From contig CAVTBU010000005.1 of NCBI GenBank assembly GCA_963733035.1, positions 768,001 through 832,000 on the forward strand: a stretch of DNA of 64,000 bases. Direction: 5' to 3'. This document shows positions 20,849 through 30,799 of the stretch, in pieces. The stretch comes from Pirellulales bacterium. Its GTDB lineage: Bacteria > Planctomycetota > Planctomycetia > Pirellulales > PALSA-1355. The translations under genes were made by a program, and so were the position numbers. Positions within the stretch are counted from its first letter, which is position 1. Each line of letters starts with the position of its first letter. The notes beneath the pieces were generated by a model. It was not told the origin of the DNA. It worked only from the letters and a program-made list of their open reading frames with translations, and did no database searches.

Positions 20849-22801
20849 CTATTTCTCGGCGACGAGTCCGGGCACCGTCGCGGTGGTCACGTCGCGGAGC
20901 AGGTTGTCGTGCACCAGGATTTGCTCGTTTCCGACGAAATAGCTGTGGTCGTCGGCCACCACGAGGTTGTAGCAGGGGGCCTCGCCGCGGTGTTCGACCT
21001 GGTCAATCAACTTACCGCCGCTGGTGGTGTGGAGCCACTGCCCGGCCTTCAACTCCTTGGCCATCTGCCAACCGACACCGGAAACCCAGAAGGGATGCCC
21101 CCGAGTCGCGCGAATGATTTCACTGCCCACGTGGATTTCGACCAACGGACTGGGTGGGCGAACCGTAGTGGCAAGGACCGGCTTGAAGCTGAGTTCTCCC
21201 GTATCCGTGTGCTGGGACAGCACGCAGTCGCCAGGGCGAATCTCTTGAATGGGCATCTGCCCGGTTGAAGTCCAGACCGGGGTACCGGCGACAAAACAGG
21301 AACAGAAGGACCGCCGGTATATGAGGGGTCCATAGGGATGTGTCTCACGCTGTCGAGTTGCAACCGACTTGATCGGCGGTCGATAGATCTCGTTGTAATC
21401 CAACCACCAGTTCCACCAATTCTCGACAGAGGTTCCCAGATCTTGTCCGGTCGCGACACTCAATGCCTCAAGTGTACGCTGGTTTAATTTTGCGGAAGCT
21501 TCGTTATGATTCTGCACCTGCCAAACGGTCTGTTGATCCTGAAATGCCGTGGTGTCGGGAAGGGCAGTATTTGTTACCGTTCTCGACCAATGCTCCACGG
21601 AAATAGACTCGCCGATAGACCGCGTGGGAATGGTACTCGAAATGAACGCGGTATCACTTAGCGGTCCAGGTTGATAGAGCATCAGACGGTGACCGTAAGC
21701 GCCATTGTAGTACATCGATCGATAATCGAACTTAATCGGCGCTTCCAAGGCGGCGATCATCGTCGGTACGTAGCTAAACAGGGATCTCGATTGCAACGCT
21801 GTAGCCGCTTCACGCCGTATAAACGGGAGACGCGCATACACTGCCACGCGGACCAGCTGGTCCGCGGCGGATTGTTGCGGCATTGCCTCCAGAGCAGCAA
21901 TTGCAGCCCTGACTGCTTCGACGTCACCGTGGGCAAGCACGTTTTCCAGTTCAGCCAGGGCGGTGGGGTCACGAATCTCTCGCAATCGCTTCAGTGCGTC
22001 CGTGCGACGAAAGGGCTTATCGCTTCGAAGTTCGGCGTAGATCCGCGCGAACGTAGCTCTTGATTTGGCAATGTCGCTCGCGGAGTTCCGCGCGTGCTCT
22101 TTGAGCAGCTGGACCTGCTCGCGCGACATGATGTGACCCTGATAACGAGTTACTCCTAGTCTGCGGTACAAACCGGGCTGCTTGGGGTTGATCTCCAACA
22201 CGCGAAATAGTTGTTGCCGCTCTTGTTGGCCGAGCCCCTTCCCGGCACACCAGTCCGCCAGCTTCAAGTGATCCGCGAATGTATCACGACAGCGCTCGCG
22301 ACGCTCGCGGTATTCCGCCACCGCGCCCTCGCGCGCGGCCTGATCGGCGGCCGCTTGGACCGGAAGCCAGCGCTCCTTGGCGCGCACTTCGCCCAGTTGC
22401 CAATGTGCCGGTGCAAAGTCGGGCGACGCGCTCAGGGCTTGCTTGAGCAACGAAGTACGTTTGTCCGGCTGCCCAGCGGCTTCGGCGGCCAGCGCCTGAC
22501 GAACCAGTTCACCCGCCGCAATTGTGCCGGTGCTCGAAGTCGGAACAGCTGATTCAGGCGCGGCTCGGCGGGTATGAGGCGGTACAGCAGCGAGAACTGC
22601 CGAGCTGGCCCAAATCGACGAACCGACGGTTACAGAGTAAACAATACCAATCCACAGGCCAAACAATGCGGTACACGTCTTAGACCAAGCTTGGCCGGCT
22701 GCACCAATCGGTCCACGCAGTCGGCACGGACCCGTCGTGAAAGATACTTCTCCAGCAGGCAGAGTGTTCATCGAACCTACCTCTTCGGCGAGCACTAACA
22801 T
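20849..22801 (-). CDS. Secreted HEAT-repeat protein with C-terminal Hint (intein-like) domain, copy 1
   Basis: Hydrophobic N-region, helical repeats, SC|FVAGTPV...ATRGHPFWV...YNLVVADDHSYFVG...LVHDN; true start probably downstream. Confidence 0.85.
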   Translation of the reverse strand: MLVLAEEVGSMNTLPAGEVSFTTGPCRLRGPIGAAGQAWSKTCTALFGLWIGIVYSVTVGSSIWASSAVLAAVPPHTRRAAPESAVPTSSTGTIAAGELVRQALAAEAAGQPDKRTSLLKQALSASPDFAPAHWQLGEVRAKERWLPVQAAADQAAREGAVAEYRERRERCRDTFADHLKLADWCAGKGLGQQERQQLFRVLEINPKQPGLYRRLGVTRYQGHIMSREQVQLLKEHARNSASDIAKSRATFARIYAELRSDKPFRRTDALKRLREIRDPTALAELENVLAHGDVEAVRAAIAALEAMPQQSAADQLVRVAVYARLPFIRREAATALQSRSLFSYVPTMIAALEAPIKFDYRSMYYNGAYGHRLMLYQPGPLSDTAFISSTIPTRSIGESISVEHWSRTVTNTALPDTTAFQDQQTVWQVQNHNEASAKLNQRTLEALSVATGQDLGTSVENWWNWWLDYNEIYRPPIKSVATRQRETHPYGPLIYRRSFCSCFVAGTPVWTSTGQMPIQEIRPGDCVLSQHTDTGELSFKPVLATTVRPPSPLVEIHVGSEIIRATRGHPFWVSGVGWQMAKELKAGQWLHTTSGGKLIDQVEHRGEAPCYNLVVADDHSYFVGNEQILVHDNLLRDVTTATVPGLVAEK

Positions 22802-22804
22802 GCG

Positions 22805-24697
22805 TTACTTCTCCGCTACCAGGCCGGGCACGGTGGCGGTGGTCACGTCGCGGAGCAGATTGTCGTGCACCAGGATTTGCTCGTTTCCGACGAAATAGCT
22901 GTGATTGTCCGCGACGACCAAGTTGAAGCAGGGCGCCCGGCCGCGATTCTCGATGCGGTCGATTGATTTGCCACCGCTCGTGGTGTGGAGCAACTGACCT
23001 GCTTGCAATTGCTTGGCCATTTGCCAGCCAACTCCGGATACCCAGAAGGGATGCCCCCGCGTAGCGCGGATCACGTCGCTGCCGACCTGGATTTCAACCA
23101 AGGGGCTGACGGGACGCGTCGTGGTGGCGATCACCGCCTTGTAGGCGAGTTCGCCGGTGTCGGGATGCTGCGCCAACACGCAGTCGCCGGGGCGAATCTC
23201 CTGGATCGGCATTGGCCCGGTGGATGTCCAGACGGGCGTACCCGCAACAAAGCAAGAGCTGTAGTTGTAATGGTATCGGACGCGCCCGGCGGTTTGCACA
23301 TTGCGTGTTTGCGTTTCAACGGGCTTATAGGGCGGTCGATAGATTTCGTTGTAGTCCATCCACCAGTTCCACCAATCCACCGGCTCTGTTCCTGCATTGT
23401 GCCGGGTCGCCGTAGCGAGCGCCTCGGTGGTGTGCTGGTTCAATTCGGCAAACAGTGCATTGTGATGCTCGGCTTGCGCCGCGATTATTTGATCTTGGTA
23501 CGACGTGTCTGGCTCGCCGTGATTCTTGGCGTCAACATAACCTAGCCTCAGATGGAAGGTCACTTCAACCGAACGCGATGGCGTGGCGGTCGAAATAAAT
23601 GCCCGGTCGCGAAGTGGCCCCGGTTGATAGAGCGTCAGACGGTGACCACTAGCGCCGTTGTGTAGGAACGACTCGAAATTCACTTCAATCGGAGATTCGA
23701 GCGCCGCCATCATGGTCGGCACGTAGCTGAACAGCGACCGCGACTGCAGGGCTTCAGCGGCTTCTCGTCGCACGGTTGCGTCTTGCGCGTAGATCGCTAG
23801 ACGAATCAGTAGATTCGTCGAGGCCTGCTGAGGCATGGCATCGAGGGCCGCGATCGCCGCATGCACAGCCTTCGTATCGCTGCCAGCCAGGATGTTCTCC
23901 AAATCGGCAATGGCCGCCGGTTCACGAATGCCTTGCAGTTTGTCGAGGGCATCGCCTCGGCGCAAGGGATTGGTGCTGCGGAGGCCAGTCCGGATCTGCG
24001 CGAGGATCGGTTTAAGTTTACCCAGGCTGCGTGCCGTTTGTCGCGTCTGTTCAAATTGCGCCTGCAATTGATCGCGCGTCATGATTTGACCCTGTTGTCG
24101 GATCAGGCCCAACCGGCCAATCGCGCCGCGCGCGTTCGGATCGAGTTGTAGCGCGTAGAGCAAATGGCAACGCTCTTCTTCCTGCAGGCCATGCGCGGCG
24201 CACCAGTCGGCCATCTCCAAATGATCGCGGACTGTGTTGTGTCCGTCGTCGCGACGCTGGCGATACTGTTCGACAATGCCCTGGCGGTTGGCCAACTCCG
24301 CCGCATCGCGCACCGGTAACCACTTTTTACCGACCCGCACGTCTCCAGAATGCCAATGGGCGGAAGCGAAATCTGGCGAGACTTGCAACGCGGCATGAAG
24401 TAGCTTCGCACGTTGCTCGGGCTGCCCATCGACTTCGGCGGCGAGCGCTTGGTGGACGAGATTTCCCGCCTCGGTATCGCGGACGCCGGCCTTCGACCAG
24501 ATCGTACCCCGCGATGAAGTCGGCCGCTCGATGCCGGGAAAACTTGCATCTGCGGCGACAGTTGCGCCAGCCCACAACGCACACGCGGCAACGGCTGACA
24601 CGACGCCACACAGACCACTGCAAGTGGTTCGCATGATCGACCTCATCCTGGTTGGTCCGTTGTGTGTCGCACCTTCTAATATACGAAAGCAGGGCAC
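22805..24697 (-). CDS. Secreted HEAT-repeat protein with C-terminal Hint domain, copy 2
   Basis: Paralog of 20849..22801 with signal-like segment (AVAACALWAGATVAA) and the same Hint motifs. Confidence 0.87.
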   Translation of the reverse strand: MPCFRILEGATHNGPTRMRSIMRTTCSGLCGVVSAVAACALWAGATVAADASFPGIERPTSSRGTIWSKAGVRDTEAGNLVHQALAAEVDGQPEQRAKLLHAALQVSPDFASAHWHSGDVRVGKKWLPVRDAAELANRQGIVEQYRQRRDDGHNTVRDHLEMADWCAAHGLQEEERCHLLYALQLDPNARGAIGRLGLIRQQGQIMTRDQLQAQFEQTRQTARSLGKLKPILAQIRTGLRSTNPLRRGDALDKLQGIREPAAIADLENILAGSDTKAVHAAIAALDAMPQQASTNLLIRLAIYAQDATVRREAAEALQSRSLFSYVPTMMAALESPIEVNFESFLHNGASGHRLTLYQPGPLRDRAFISTATPSRSVEVTFHLRLGYVDAKNHGEPDTSYQDQIIAAQAEHHNALFAELNQHTTEALATATRHNAGTEPVDWWNWWMDYNEIYRPPYKPVETQTRNVQTAGRVRYHYNYSSCFVAGTPVWTSTGPMPIQEIRPGDCVLAQHPDTGELAYKAVIATTTRPVSPLVEIQVGSDVIRATRGHPFWVSGVGWQMAKQLQAGQLLHTTSGGKSIDRIENRGRAPCFNLVVADNHSYFVGNEQILVHDNLLRDVTTATVPGLVAEK

Positions 24698-24816
24698 AAA
24701 ATGCTCGGCCAGAAGGACCGCCCGGGAGCTTACAGTATTGAAAGCTTGGAGGGCGCAATACCGCGGGAGACGATCGAGAGCAGGCCTGGTGGCCCAATGC
24801 AGGCTCTCGCAAACGG

Positions 24817-25641
24817 TTACTCGCTACCCATCGCCCGCCGCACCAGGTCTCGGTCGAAATAGTTGACGCTCATCCCGGCGTCGACGACGAGTTGCTGAGC
24901 ATTGATGCCGCTGGACCGCGGACTCAGTAGAAAGGCCGCGACGTTGGCCACCTCGGCAGTCTGAACGGCCTGCTTGCGGAGCGTAACTTGCTCAGCGTAC
25001 AAGTAACTTTCGACATATCCAGGAATGCCGGCCGAGGCCGAGGTCTTCAGCAGCCCCGGCGAGACCGCGTTGAACCGAACCGCTGAAAACTGGCTGAACG
25101 ACTTCGCGAGAAACACCAGAGACGAATCGAGGGCAGCTTTCACCGGCGCCATATACCCATAGTTTTCGGCCGCCATGCGTGTCGTGGAAATCGAGATGGC
25201 AACGACCGACGCCTGACGATCAAGCAATTCGCGAAACGCGTTCGACAGGGCTAAAAGCGAATAGCACGAGATGTCGATGGCTCGCAAGAATGCATGGCGC
25301 GGCGTCTCGTGGAATGGCTTGGCCCCTTCGCCGTAGTCGGCAAAGGCGATGGAGTGCACCAGGCCGTGCAACCGGGGGTGGTCGCGTCGCACGTCATCGC
25401 GCAGGCGGTCGATTTGATCCTGGTGCTCGACGTCGCAAACGTGAATTTCGGCCTGCTCGCCGAGCAACTTGGCGACCGACTGTCGTCGTGCTTCGGAGCG
25501 GACAACGTAAACAACCTTGGCGCCGGCATCTTCCAGCACGCGCGCGACGTGGTAGGCCACGCTCTTGCGGTTCGCGATCCCGAACACCAGGATCGTCTTG
25601 CCCTCAAGCTGCAGAAAATCGATGGCCATGGAAGGTGCCAC
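24817..25641 (-). CDS. fabI: Enoyl-ACP reductase (FabI-like)
   Basis: [26 protein letters not shown] (YxxMxxxK), NAVSPG, VDAG. Confidence 0.88.
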   Translation of the reverse strand: MAPSMAIDFLQLEGKTILVFGIANRKSVAYHVARVLEDAGAKVVYVVRSEARRQSVAKLLGEQAEIHVCDVEHQDQIDRLRDDVRRDHPRLHGLVHSIAFADYGEGAKPFHETPRHAFLRAIDISCYSLLALSNAFRELLDRQASVVAISISTTRMAAENYGYMAPVKAALDSSLVFLAKSFSQFSAVRFNAVSPGLLKTSASAGIPGYVESYLYAEQVTLRKQAVQTAEVANVAAFLLSPRSSGINAQQLVVDAGMSVNYFDRDLVRRAMGSE

Positions 25642-25650
25642 CAGGAGGCG

Positions 25651-26079
25651 TTACTCGGCCTGAGCCAGAGCGCAAGTGAATTCCAGCCGCATGGCCAACT
25701 GGCCGCCGCAATAAACGCGGCCCGACAGAAACCACGCCTTGGAAATACGATTGGTGAGCGTGACTTCCATTTCGATGGTGTCGCCCGGCTTGACCATGCG
25801 GCGAAAGCGGACGTTGTTCATGCCAGCGGCCACCGGGATGCACCCTTCCGACGGTTCGGCACTCTGCGACAACAGGATTGCGCCCGCCTGCATGGCCGCT
25901 TCGCACAAGAGAACGCCAGGCGCGATTGGAAACGTGGGGTAATGGCCGGCAAAAAACCATTCGTCTTCGCGAAAGGTTTTGCGACAAACGATGCGGTCTG
26001 CACTGCGTTCGACGATTTCATCGACCAGCAAGAACGGTGGTCGGTGCGGGATTGCGGCGTGAATTTCTTGAATGCTCAT
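25651..26079 (-). CDS. fabZ: Beta-hydroxyacyl-ACP dehydratase (FabZ-like)
   Basis: [38 protein letters not shown]. Confidence 0.9.
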   Translation of the reverse strand: MSIQEIHAAIPHRPPFLLVDEIVERSADRIVCRKTFREDEWFFAGHYPTFPIAPGVLLCEAAMQAGAILLSQSAEPSEGCIPVAAGMNNVRFRRMVKPGDTIEMEVTLTNRISKAWFLSGRVYCGGQLAMRLEFTCALAQAE

Positions 26080-27521
26080 GGTGCAGCGGCAAGTGTTTTC
26101 TGTGTGCTTGACTTCATTAACCAGGCGTCCACGTCGTTGGCCACGATGACCCCGTAGTTCATCGCCCCCAGCCAACCCGACATGATGATGCCGACACTGC
26201 CGGCGTGATACAAGCCACCCACCTGTTCGGGAATCGCCCGGCTGACGGCCAACCCCTCGAACTTGGTACCGAAGCTGGCACCGTTCAGGTGCCGCGTGTA
26301 GTGCCGGAACGTAAGCGGCGTGGATGCCTCGGCGTGATCCAGCTTCTCACGAATGTCGGGCACATAACGGGCAATGGCCTGAAGTGTCGTCTCCACCAGG
26401 TCACGTTTGCTGGCTTCGTAGTCGTCGCGGGAGAGTTTGGCCCAATCGTCGAACCTGGCATTGGTGCTGGAGACGATCAGCGATCGATTGCTCCCCGGTC
26501 GGGTGCGCGGGTAGTAGAACGAATAGGTGCGGCTGGTGATGTCGCGCGACAGCAGAGCCTCGGTGCGAAACAACGGCGCCGTAGAACTGAACAGCAAATC
26601 GCCCAGGCTCTCGTCGAGCTCGACGCCGGGCTTGAGCGCCATGTAAACCTGGCAGCTCGAATTGTTGAGTCGAACGGCACGGGCCTCGTCGCGAAACTTC
26701 GGATCGAAATATTGCTCGCCCACGAGGTCTAGCACGGTGCTCTTGAGATTCGCGTTCGACACGACCGCGGAAGCGCCAATTTCGCGTCCATCCACGCGCA
26801 CGCCCGCCACCCGGCCGCCGCGCACGAGGATCTTTTCGACGTCGCACTTAATTCGTACATCGACGCCGCTCTTGATCAAGTCATCGTGCATCAGGCGGAT
26901 TAGCCGGTCGGTCCCCCCTTCGAACGTAAACACGCCTTTCGACATGAAGTTCGAAAAAACAATGCCATAACTGATGGCCGGGTCTTCCAGCGTTGAACCG
27001 TTGGCGTAGGTAATCGGCTCCATCAGCAGACGAATCACGTCCTCGCGGCCCGGAAAAAACCGCTCGAACAATTGACCGACGCTCGTCGACTGGTCGTCGT
27101 AAAAGTTCATGCCGCGCGCTGTGTCAAAGAAGGCCTGCACGTCGCCCTCTGGCACGCGAAACCGCTCGATCAGCAACCGCGTGAAGTCCTCGCGATTGAA
27201 GGTCGTCGTGAGCGAGAACATGGGGTTATCGAAACGGATGTGCTTGAGCTGCACGATCGAGTCGGCAATTTCCCTCGTCCAATATCGGCGGCAACTCTTA
27301 ATCATGCCCACGGGGAATCCGTGCAGCGAGATATCAAAGATGTGCCCGCCGGGCCGCTTGAACCAGGTGGCCATGCCCCCGAGCTTGTAGTGCTGTTCGA
27401 GCAGCAGAACGGACTGCCCGGTGTGCGCCAACGTATTGGCGGCGGTCAGTCCGGCCAGACCGCTGCCGATGACGATACAGTCGTAATGATCGCGAACACC
27501 TTGCAGAAAATCTTTGGGCAT
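26076..27521 (-). CDS. FAD-dependent oxidoreductase, phytoene desaturase-like (copy A)
   Basis: [35 protein letters not shown]. Confidence 0.85.
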   Translation of the reverse strand: MPKDFLQGVRDHYDCIVIGSGLAGLTAANTLAHTGQSVLLLEQHYKLGGMATWFKRPGGHIFDISLHGFPVGMIKSCRRYWTREIADSIVQLKHIRFDNPMFSLTTTFNREDFTRLLIERFRVPEGDVQAFFDTARGMNFYDDQSTSVGQLFERFFPGREDVIRLLMEPITYANGSTLEDPAISYGIVFSNFMSKGVFTFEGGTDRLIRLMHDDLIKSGVDVRIKCDVEKILVRGGRVAGVRVDGREIGASAVVSNANLKSTVLDLVGEQYFDPKFRDEARAVRLNNSSCQVYMALKPGVELDESLGDLLFSSTAPLFRTEALLSRDITSRTYSFYYPRTRPGSNRSLIVSSTNARFDDWAKLSRDDYEASKRDLVETTLQAIARYVPDIREKLDHAEASTPLTFRHYTRHLNGASFGTKFEGLAVSRAIPEQVGGLYHAGSVGIIMSGWLGAMNYGVIVANDVDAWLMKSSTQKTLAAAP

Positions 27522-27542
27522 GTGCGCTACCGTGCCTGGACG

Positions 27543-28970
27543 TCAAATCTCGATGCTGCCGGCCGCGGCGACCTGTTCCATGTCGTCTGTCCCGGTATTG
27601 AGTAAATACCGATTGGCCATCAAGATACCACTGAACATGGCGCCGACGATTCCCACGAACCCCTGGTCGGTGCCACACAAGAACAGATTCCTAAGGTGCG
27701 TCGTGCCGCTCTTGCGCTTTTCGGGGGCACCGTACACGGCACCGTTTTCGTGGCCGGTGAAGCGATGGATCGTGGTTGGCGTGAACGCATCCTGAGCGAT
27801 CGTATGAGATCGGAAATCGCCTACGTAACGGGCGGCCGTCGCCATCATTCGCTCGTAGCTATTTTGCTTGGCGGCCTGATACTCGTCCGGGGGCAACCTT
27901 CGCCAATGGTCATAGTTGGCGAGCGCCGTAACGCGGATAAGCCCTTCGCCCAGCGGCTGATCATAGGCGAAGTTGTTCGGACAGCAGATTACGCCGCTTG
28001 AAACGTCGACGAGCTCGTCTGGCTTGCGCCAGTGGAAGCGATCGCTGTCGTTGTAGAAAACGATTGTCCGATCGCAGCCCAAATCGCGCGGCTCGGAGTT
28101 GAGCACGGCCATGCTTTCGACAAACGATAGCTGGCCGTGCGCTGGCGGTCGCGGCGGGCCGGCCTCGCACATCCGCATCGTTTCGACCAACCCGGCGGAC
28201 GAAAGGATGCGTTCGGCCTCCACCTCGCCGCCGTCGTCGAGCACGATGCGCGAGACCCGCCCAGAGTCCACTTCCATTCGCTGCACGCCACTGCGCAACC
28301 GTAATTCTCCTCCCAGTTGCTTGAAACGACGCACGAGATTCTTAAGGATTTCCCGCATGCCGGCCCAAGGGCGGGCAAACCCTTCCTGAAAAATGCTGCG
28401 GAACATAATGGAAAATTGACCAAAGTCCATGTCATGTTCGCGGGCGCCGCCATAGAACTGCAGCGGGCAGAATAGCATGTCAATCAGCAGCGGATCGCGA
28501 ATCCACTGGGACACGATCGAACGGGCCGATTGATTGGCCAAATCGCCGTCCAGGTCGTCGTAGTCAATCACGGCCGCGGTTAACTTTTCGAAGTTGTCTT
28601 TTTCGGCCGGAAAAGCCCGGTGTACTTCCGAACGAAACAGCTCGAACTGATTGCTGAACTGCAGCGTTACACCCGGAAACGCAATCGCCGAACCAATCTG
28701 CGGCGTGAGGGCGAAGTCTTCCCAATGAAACCGCAACTGACGAAGCAGTCGGGCCAAGGGGCCCTTGCGAGCCCCCTTCGGCGTGAAGTTCGTGACGGCG
28801 TGCAACCCGACGTCGAAATTACGGCCACCCAGCCGATAGAACGAATTCAGCCCGCCAATCGTGGTATGGCGTTCGAGGATGCAAACTCGCTGATCGTAAT
28901 ATGCCAGTCGGATGCCGGCGGCTAGACCCGAGAGGCCGGCGCCGATGATGATCGTGTCGTACGTGGACAT
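27543..28970 (-). CDS. FAD-dependent oxidoreductase, phytoene desaturase-like (copy B)
   Basis: IIIGAGLSG..ILERHTTIGG, FDVGLH, TPTTIHRFT..NGAVYG, NLFLCG. Confidence 0.85.
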   Translation of the reverse strand: MSTYDTIIIGAGLSGLAAGIRLAYYDQRVCILERHTTIGGLNSFYRLGGRNFDVGLHAVTNFTPKGARKGPLARLLRQLRFHWEDFALTPQIGSAIAFPGVTLQFSNQFELFRSEVHRAFPAEKDNFEKLTAAVIDYDDLDGDLANQSARSIVSQWIRDPLLIDMLFCPLQFYGGAREHDMDFGQFSIMFRSIFQEGFARPWAGMREILKNLVRRFKQLGGELRLRSGVQRMEVDSGRVSRIVLDDGGEVEAERILSSAGLVETMRMCEAGPPRPPAHGQLSFVESMAVLNSEPRDLGCDRTIVFYNDSDRFHWRKPDELVDVSSGVICCPNNFAYDQPLGEGLIRVTALANYDHWRRLPPDEYQAAKQNSYERMMATAARYVGDFRSHTIAQDAFTPTTIHRFTGHENGAVYGAPEKRKSGTTHLRNLFLCGTDQGFVGIVGAMFSGILMANRYLLNTGTDDMEQVAAAGSIEI

Positions 28971-29053
28971 GAACGCGTGGACCAGGGGCGGCGGTTCGTT
29001 GAAGGACGGCCGAGCCAATCGTGCTCGGAGAGGGATTCGAGACGCGGTATGCG

Positions 29054-29314
29054 CTATGCCTTTTGTAGGTCTTTCATCAGTGGCGTGAGATAGTTGACGG
29101 TGCTGTTCATCGTCGCCAATTCAATGTAGTCATCTTCCGGAATTTGCACGCGATAACGTTTGCGAAGCTCCATGACGATGTCCAGAAAATCCATGCTATC
29201 GAGCTCAAGCTGCTCGCGCAGCGGCACGTCATCTTTCAGGCCGCTCAAGTCCTCGTCGGGCGCGATGCCCTCCAGGATTTCAAGGACCGTTTCTTTGATT
29301 TCGGCGGGACTCAT
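29054..29314 (-). CDS. Acyl carrier protein
   Basis: Small acidic protein with LDSMD phosphopantetheine site. Confidence 0.92.
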   Translation of the reverse strand: MSPAEIKETVLEILEGIAPDEDLSGLKDDVPLREQLELDSMDFLDIVMELRKRYRVQIPEDDYIELATMNSTVNYLTPLMKDLQKA

Positions 29315-29341
29315 GCCGTCTTTACTCCGTGAAAAACACTC

Positions 29342-30601
29342 TCAGATGCGCGTGACAATGACGACGGAATTGATGCCCAGCATGCCGAATGAATTGTTCA
29401 GGATGACGTCCACCCGCTTCTTCTCTCGCGGCTCCCGGATCACCAGGCCCGTGAGGGCGCACTCGGGATCGAGCGTGTCGACATTGATCGTGTGATGACA
29501 CACGCCGTCGGCAAAGGCCGGCAGATTTCCACTCAATTCGAGAGCGCCGGCGGCTCCCATCGTGTGGCCAATAAAACTCTTGGCATTATTGAACAGCGTT
29601 CCGGGCGAGTCGCCAAACACGCGACGCAGGGCCGCGCATTCCTGCACGTCGCCGCTGCTGGTGCCGGTGGCATGGGTGCTGACGATGTCGACTTGCTGGG
29701 GACCCAAACCGGCACGCTTGAGCGCCTTCTGCACGCACTCGGCCTGCCGCTCGGCATTGGGCAGCACGAAGTCACTGGCATCGCTGTTCATGGCGTAACC
29801 GGCGATTTCGCCGTAGATCTTGGCGCCGCGCCTTTTGGCATCCGAAAGCCGCTCGAGCACATACAGGCAACCACCTTCGGAAACGACAATGCCGTTGCGT
29901 TCGACATCGAATGGCCGCGAAGCTTTGGTGGGATCCACGTGCGAGGCCAGAGCGCCCTGGCTCTTGAAGCTGGCAAAGATACCGAACGTGCGAACGCTTT
30001 CGGAAACCCCTCCGGCAAGTGCCAGATCGCATTCGCCCAACCGCAACATTTGCACGCCCTGAATGATACCGGCGTTGCCGGCGGCACAGGCAGCCCCCAC
30101 CGTATAGTGCGGCCCCGTGATGCCCAGATTCAGTGAGATCTCGCCGGCGGGGTTATTCGCCACGGTGCGCGGGTTGTGGTGGTGCGACCAGAACTTCGTG
30201 TCATAGTCGAACCCTCGCAGCTCGTAGATTTCGTTCTCGGTTTCGACGTTGCCGTGTTCCGTGACCCCGACGTAGACGCCCACCATCGACTTGTCGACGT
30301 TCGCCCAATCAAGCGCGGCATCGCCAATTGCTTCTCGAGCACAATAGATCCCCACGCTGCCGGCCCGGGTTCCGCGACGGAGATCTTTTTTCTTCTGGTA
30401 ACGCAGATCGTCGAACGTGCAAACGCCGGCGAGCGTTGGACCGACATAGCGAATTTCGTAAGGCGACACGCCACTACGCCCCGCCAAGAGACTCTCGCGA
30501 AACTCCCCCAACGAGTTCCCGTTGGGCGAGGTCAGACCGATGCCAGTGATAACAATTCGCTGGGCGTCGGGACGCTCGTGCTGAGGCAATGTCGCAATCA
30601 T
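29342..30601 (-). CDS. Beta-ketoacyl-ACP synthase (FabF/FabB family)
   Basis: IVITGIG, GAACAAG (Cys), SRPFD, STHATGT and KSFIGHTMGAAG (His-His), NSFG. Confidence 0.92.
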   Translation of the reverse strand: MIATLPQHERPDAQRIVITGIGLTSPNGNSLGEFRESLLAGRSGVSPYEIRYVGPTLAGVCTFDDLRYQKKKDLRRGTRAGSVGIYCAREAIGDAALDWANVDKSMVGVYVGVTEHGNVETENEIYELRGFDYDTKFWSHHHNPRTVANNPAGEISLNLGITGPHYTVGAACAAGNAGIIQGVQMLRLGECDLALAGGVSESVRTFGIFASFKSQGALASHVDPTKASRPFDVERNGIVVSEGGCLYVLERLSDAKRRGAKIYGEIAGYAMNSDASDFVLPNAERQAECVQKALKRAGLGPQQVDIVSTHATGTSSGDVQECAALRRVFGDSPGTLFNNAKSFIGHTMGAAGALELSGNLPAFADGVCHHTINVDTLDPECALTGLVIREPREKKRVDVILNNSFGMLGINSVVIVTRI

Positions 30602-30767
30602 TGCGCGGCTACTCCGTGATCGAAGTGAATTCTTGCCAAGTCGACTGCCCGCACCACGTTAGATTGGATCTGTGAAACCCTTGAGGCTACCTCTTTACGA
30701 CGCAGTTCGCAAGGCCATGCGGGGCGGGTGGACGTGCGAAGAAACGGCCCATCAAACTTTGCTTTAC

Positions 30768-30797
30768 AAAGCGCGCGGGTGGAGCCCGCGCGACTTT
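30768..30797 (-). terminator. Hairpin between oleD and the ketosynthase gene
   Basis: GCGCGGG/CCCGCGC stem followed by TTT on the minus strand immediately after the oleD stop. Confidence 0.45.
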
Positions 30798-30799
30798 AC

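Noticed and set aside
20849..24697. Classical polymorphic toxin-immunity locus
   Set aside because: Only 17 aa follow the Hint domain, and no immunity ORFs or orphan toxin cassettes are present.
26076..28970. Carotenoid biosynthesis (crtI) assignment
   Set aside because: No phytoene or squalene synthase nearby; the context is ACP/Fab, so an acyl substrate is more likely.
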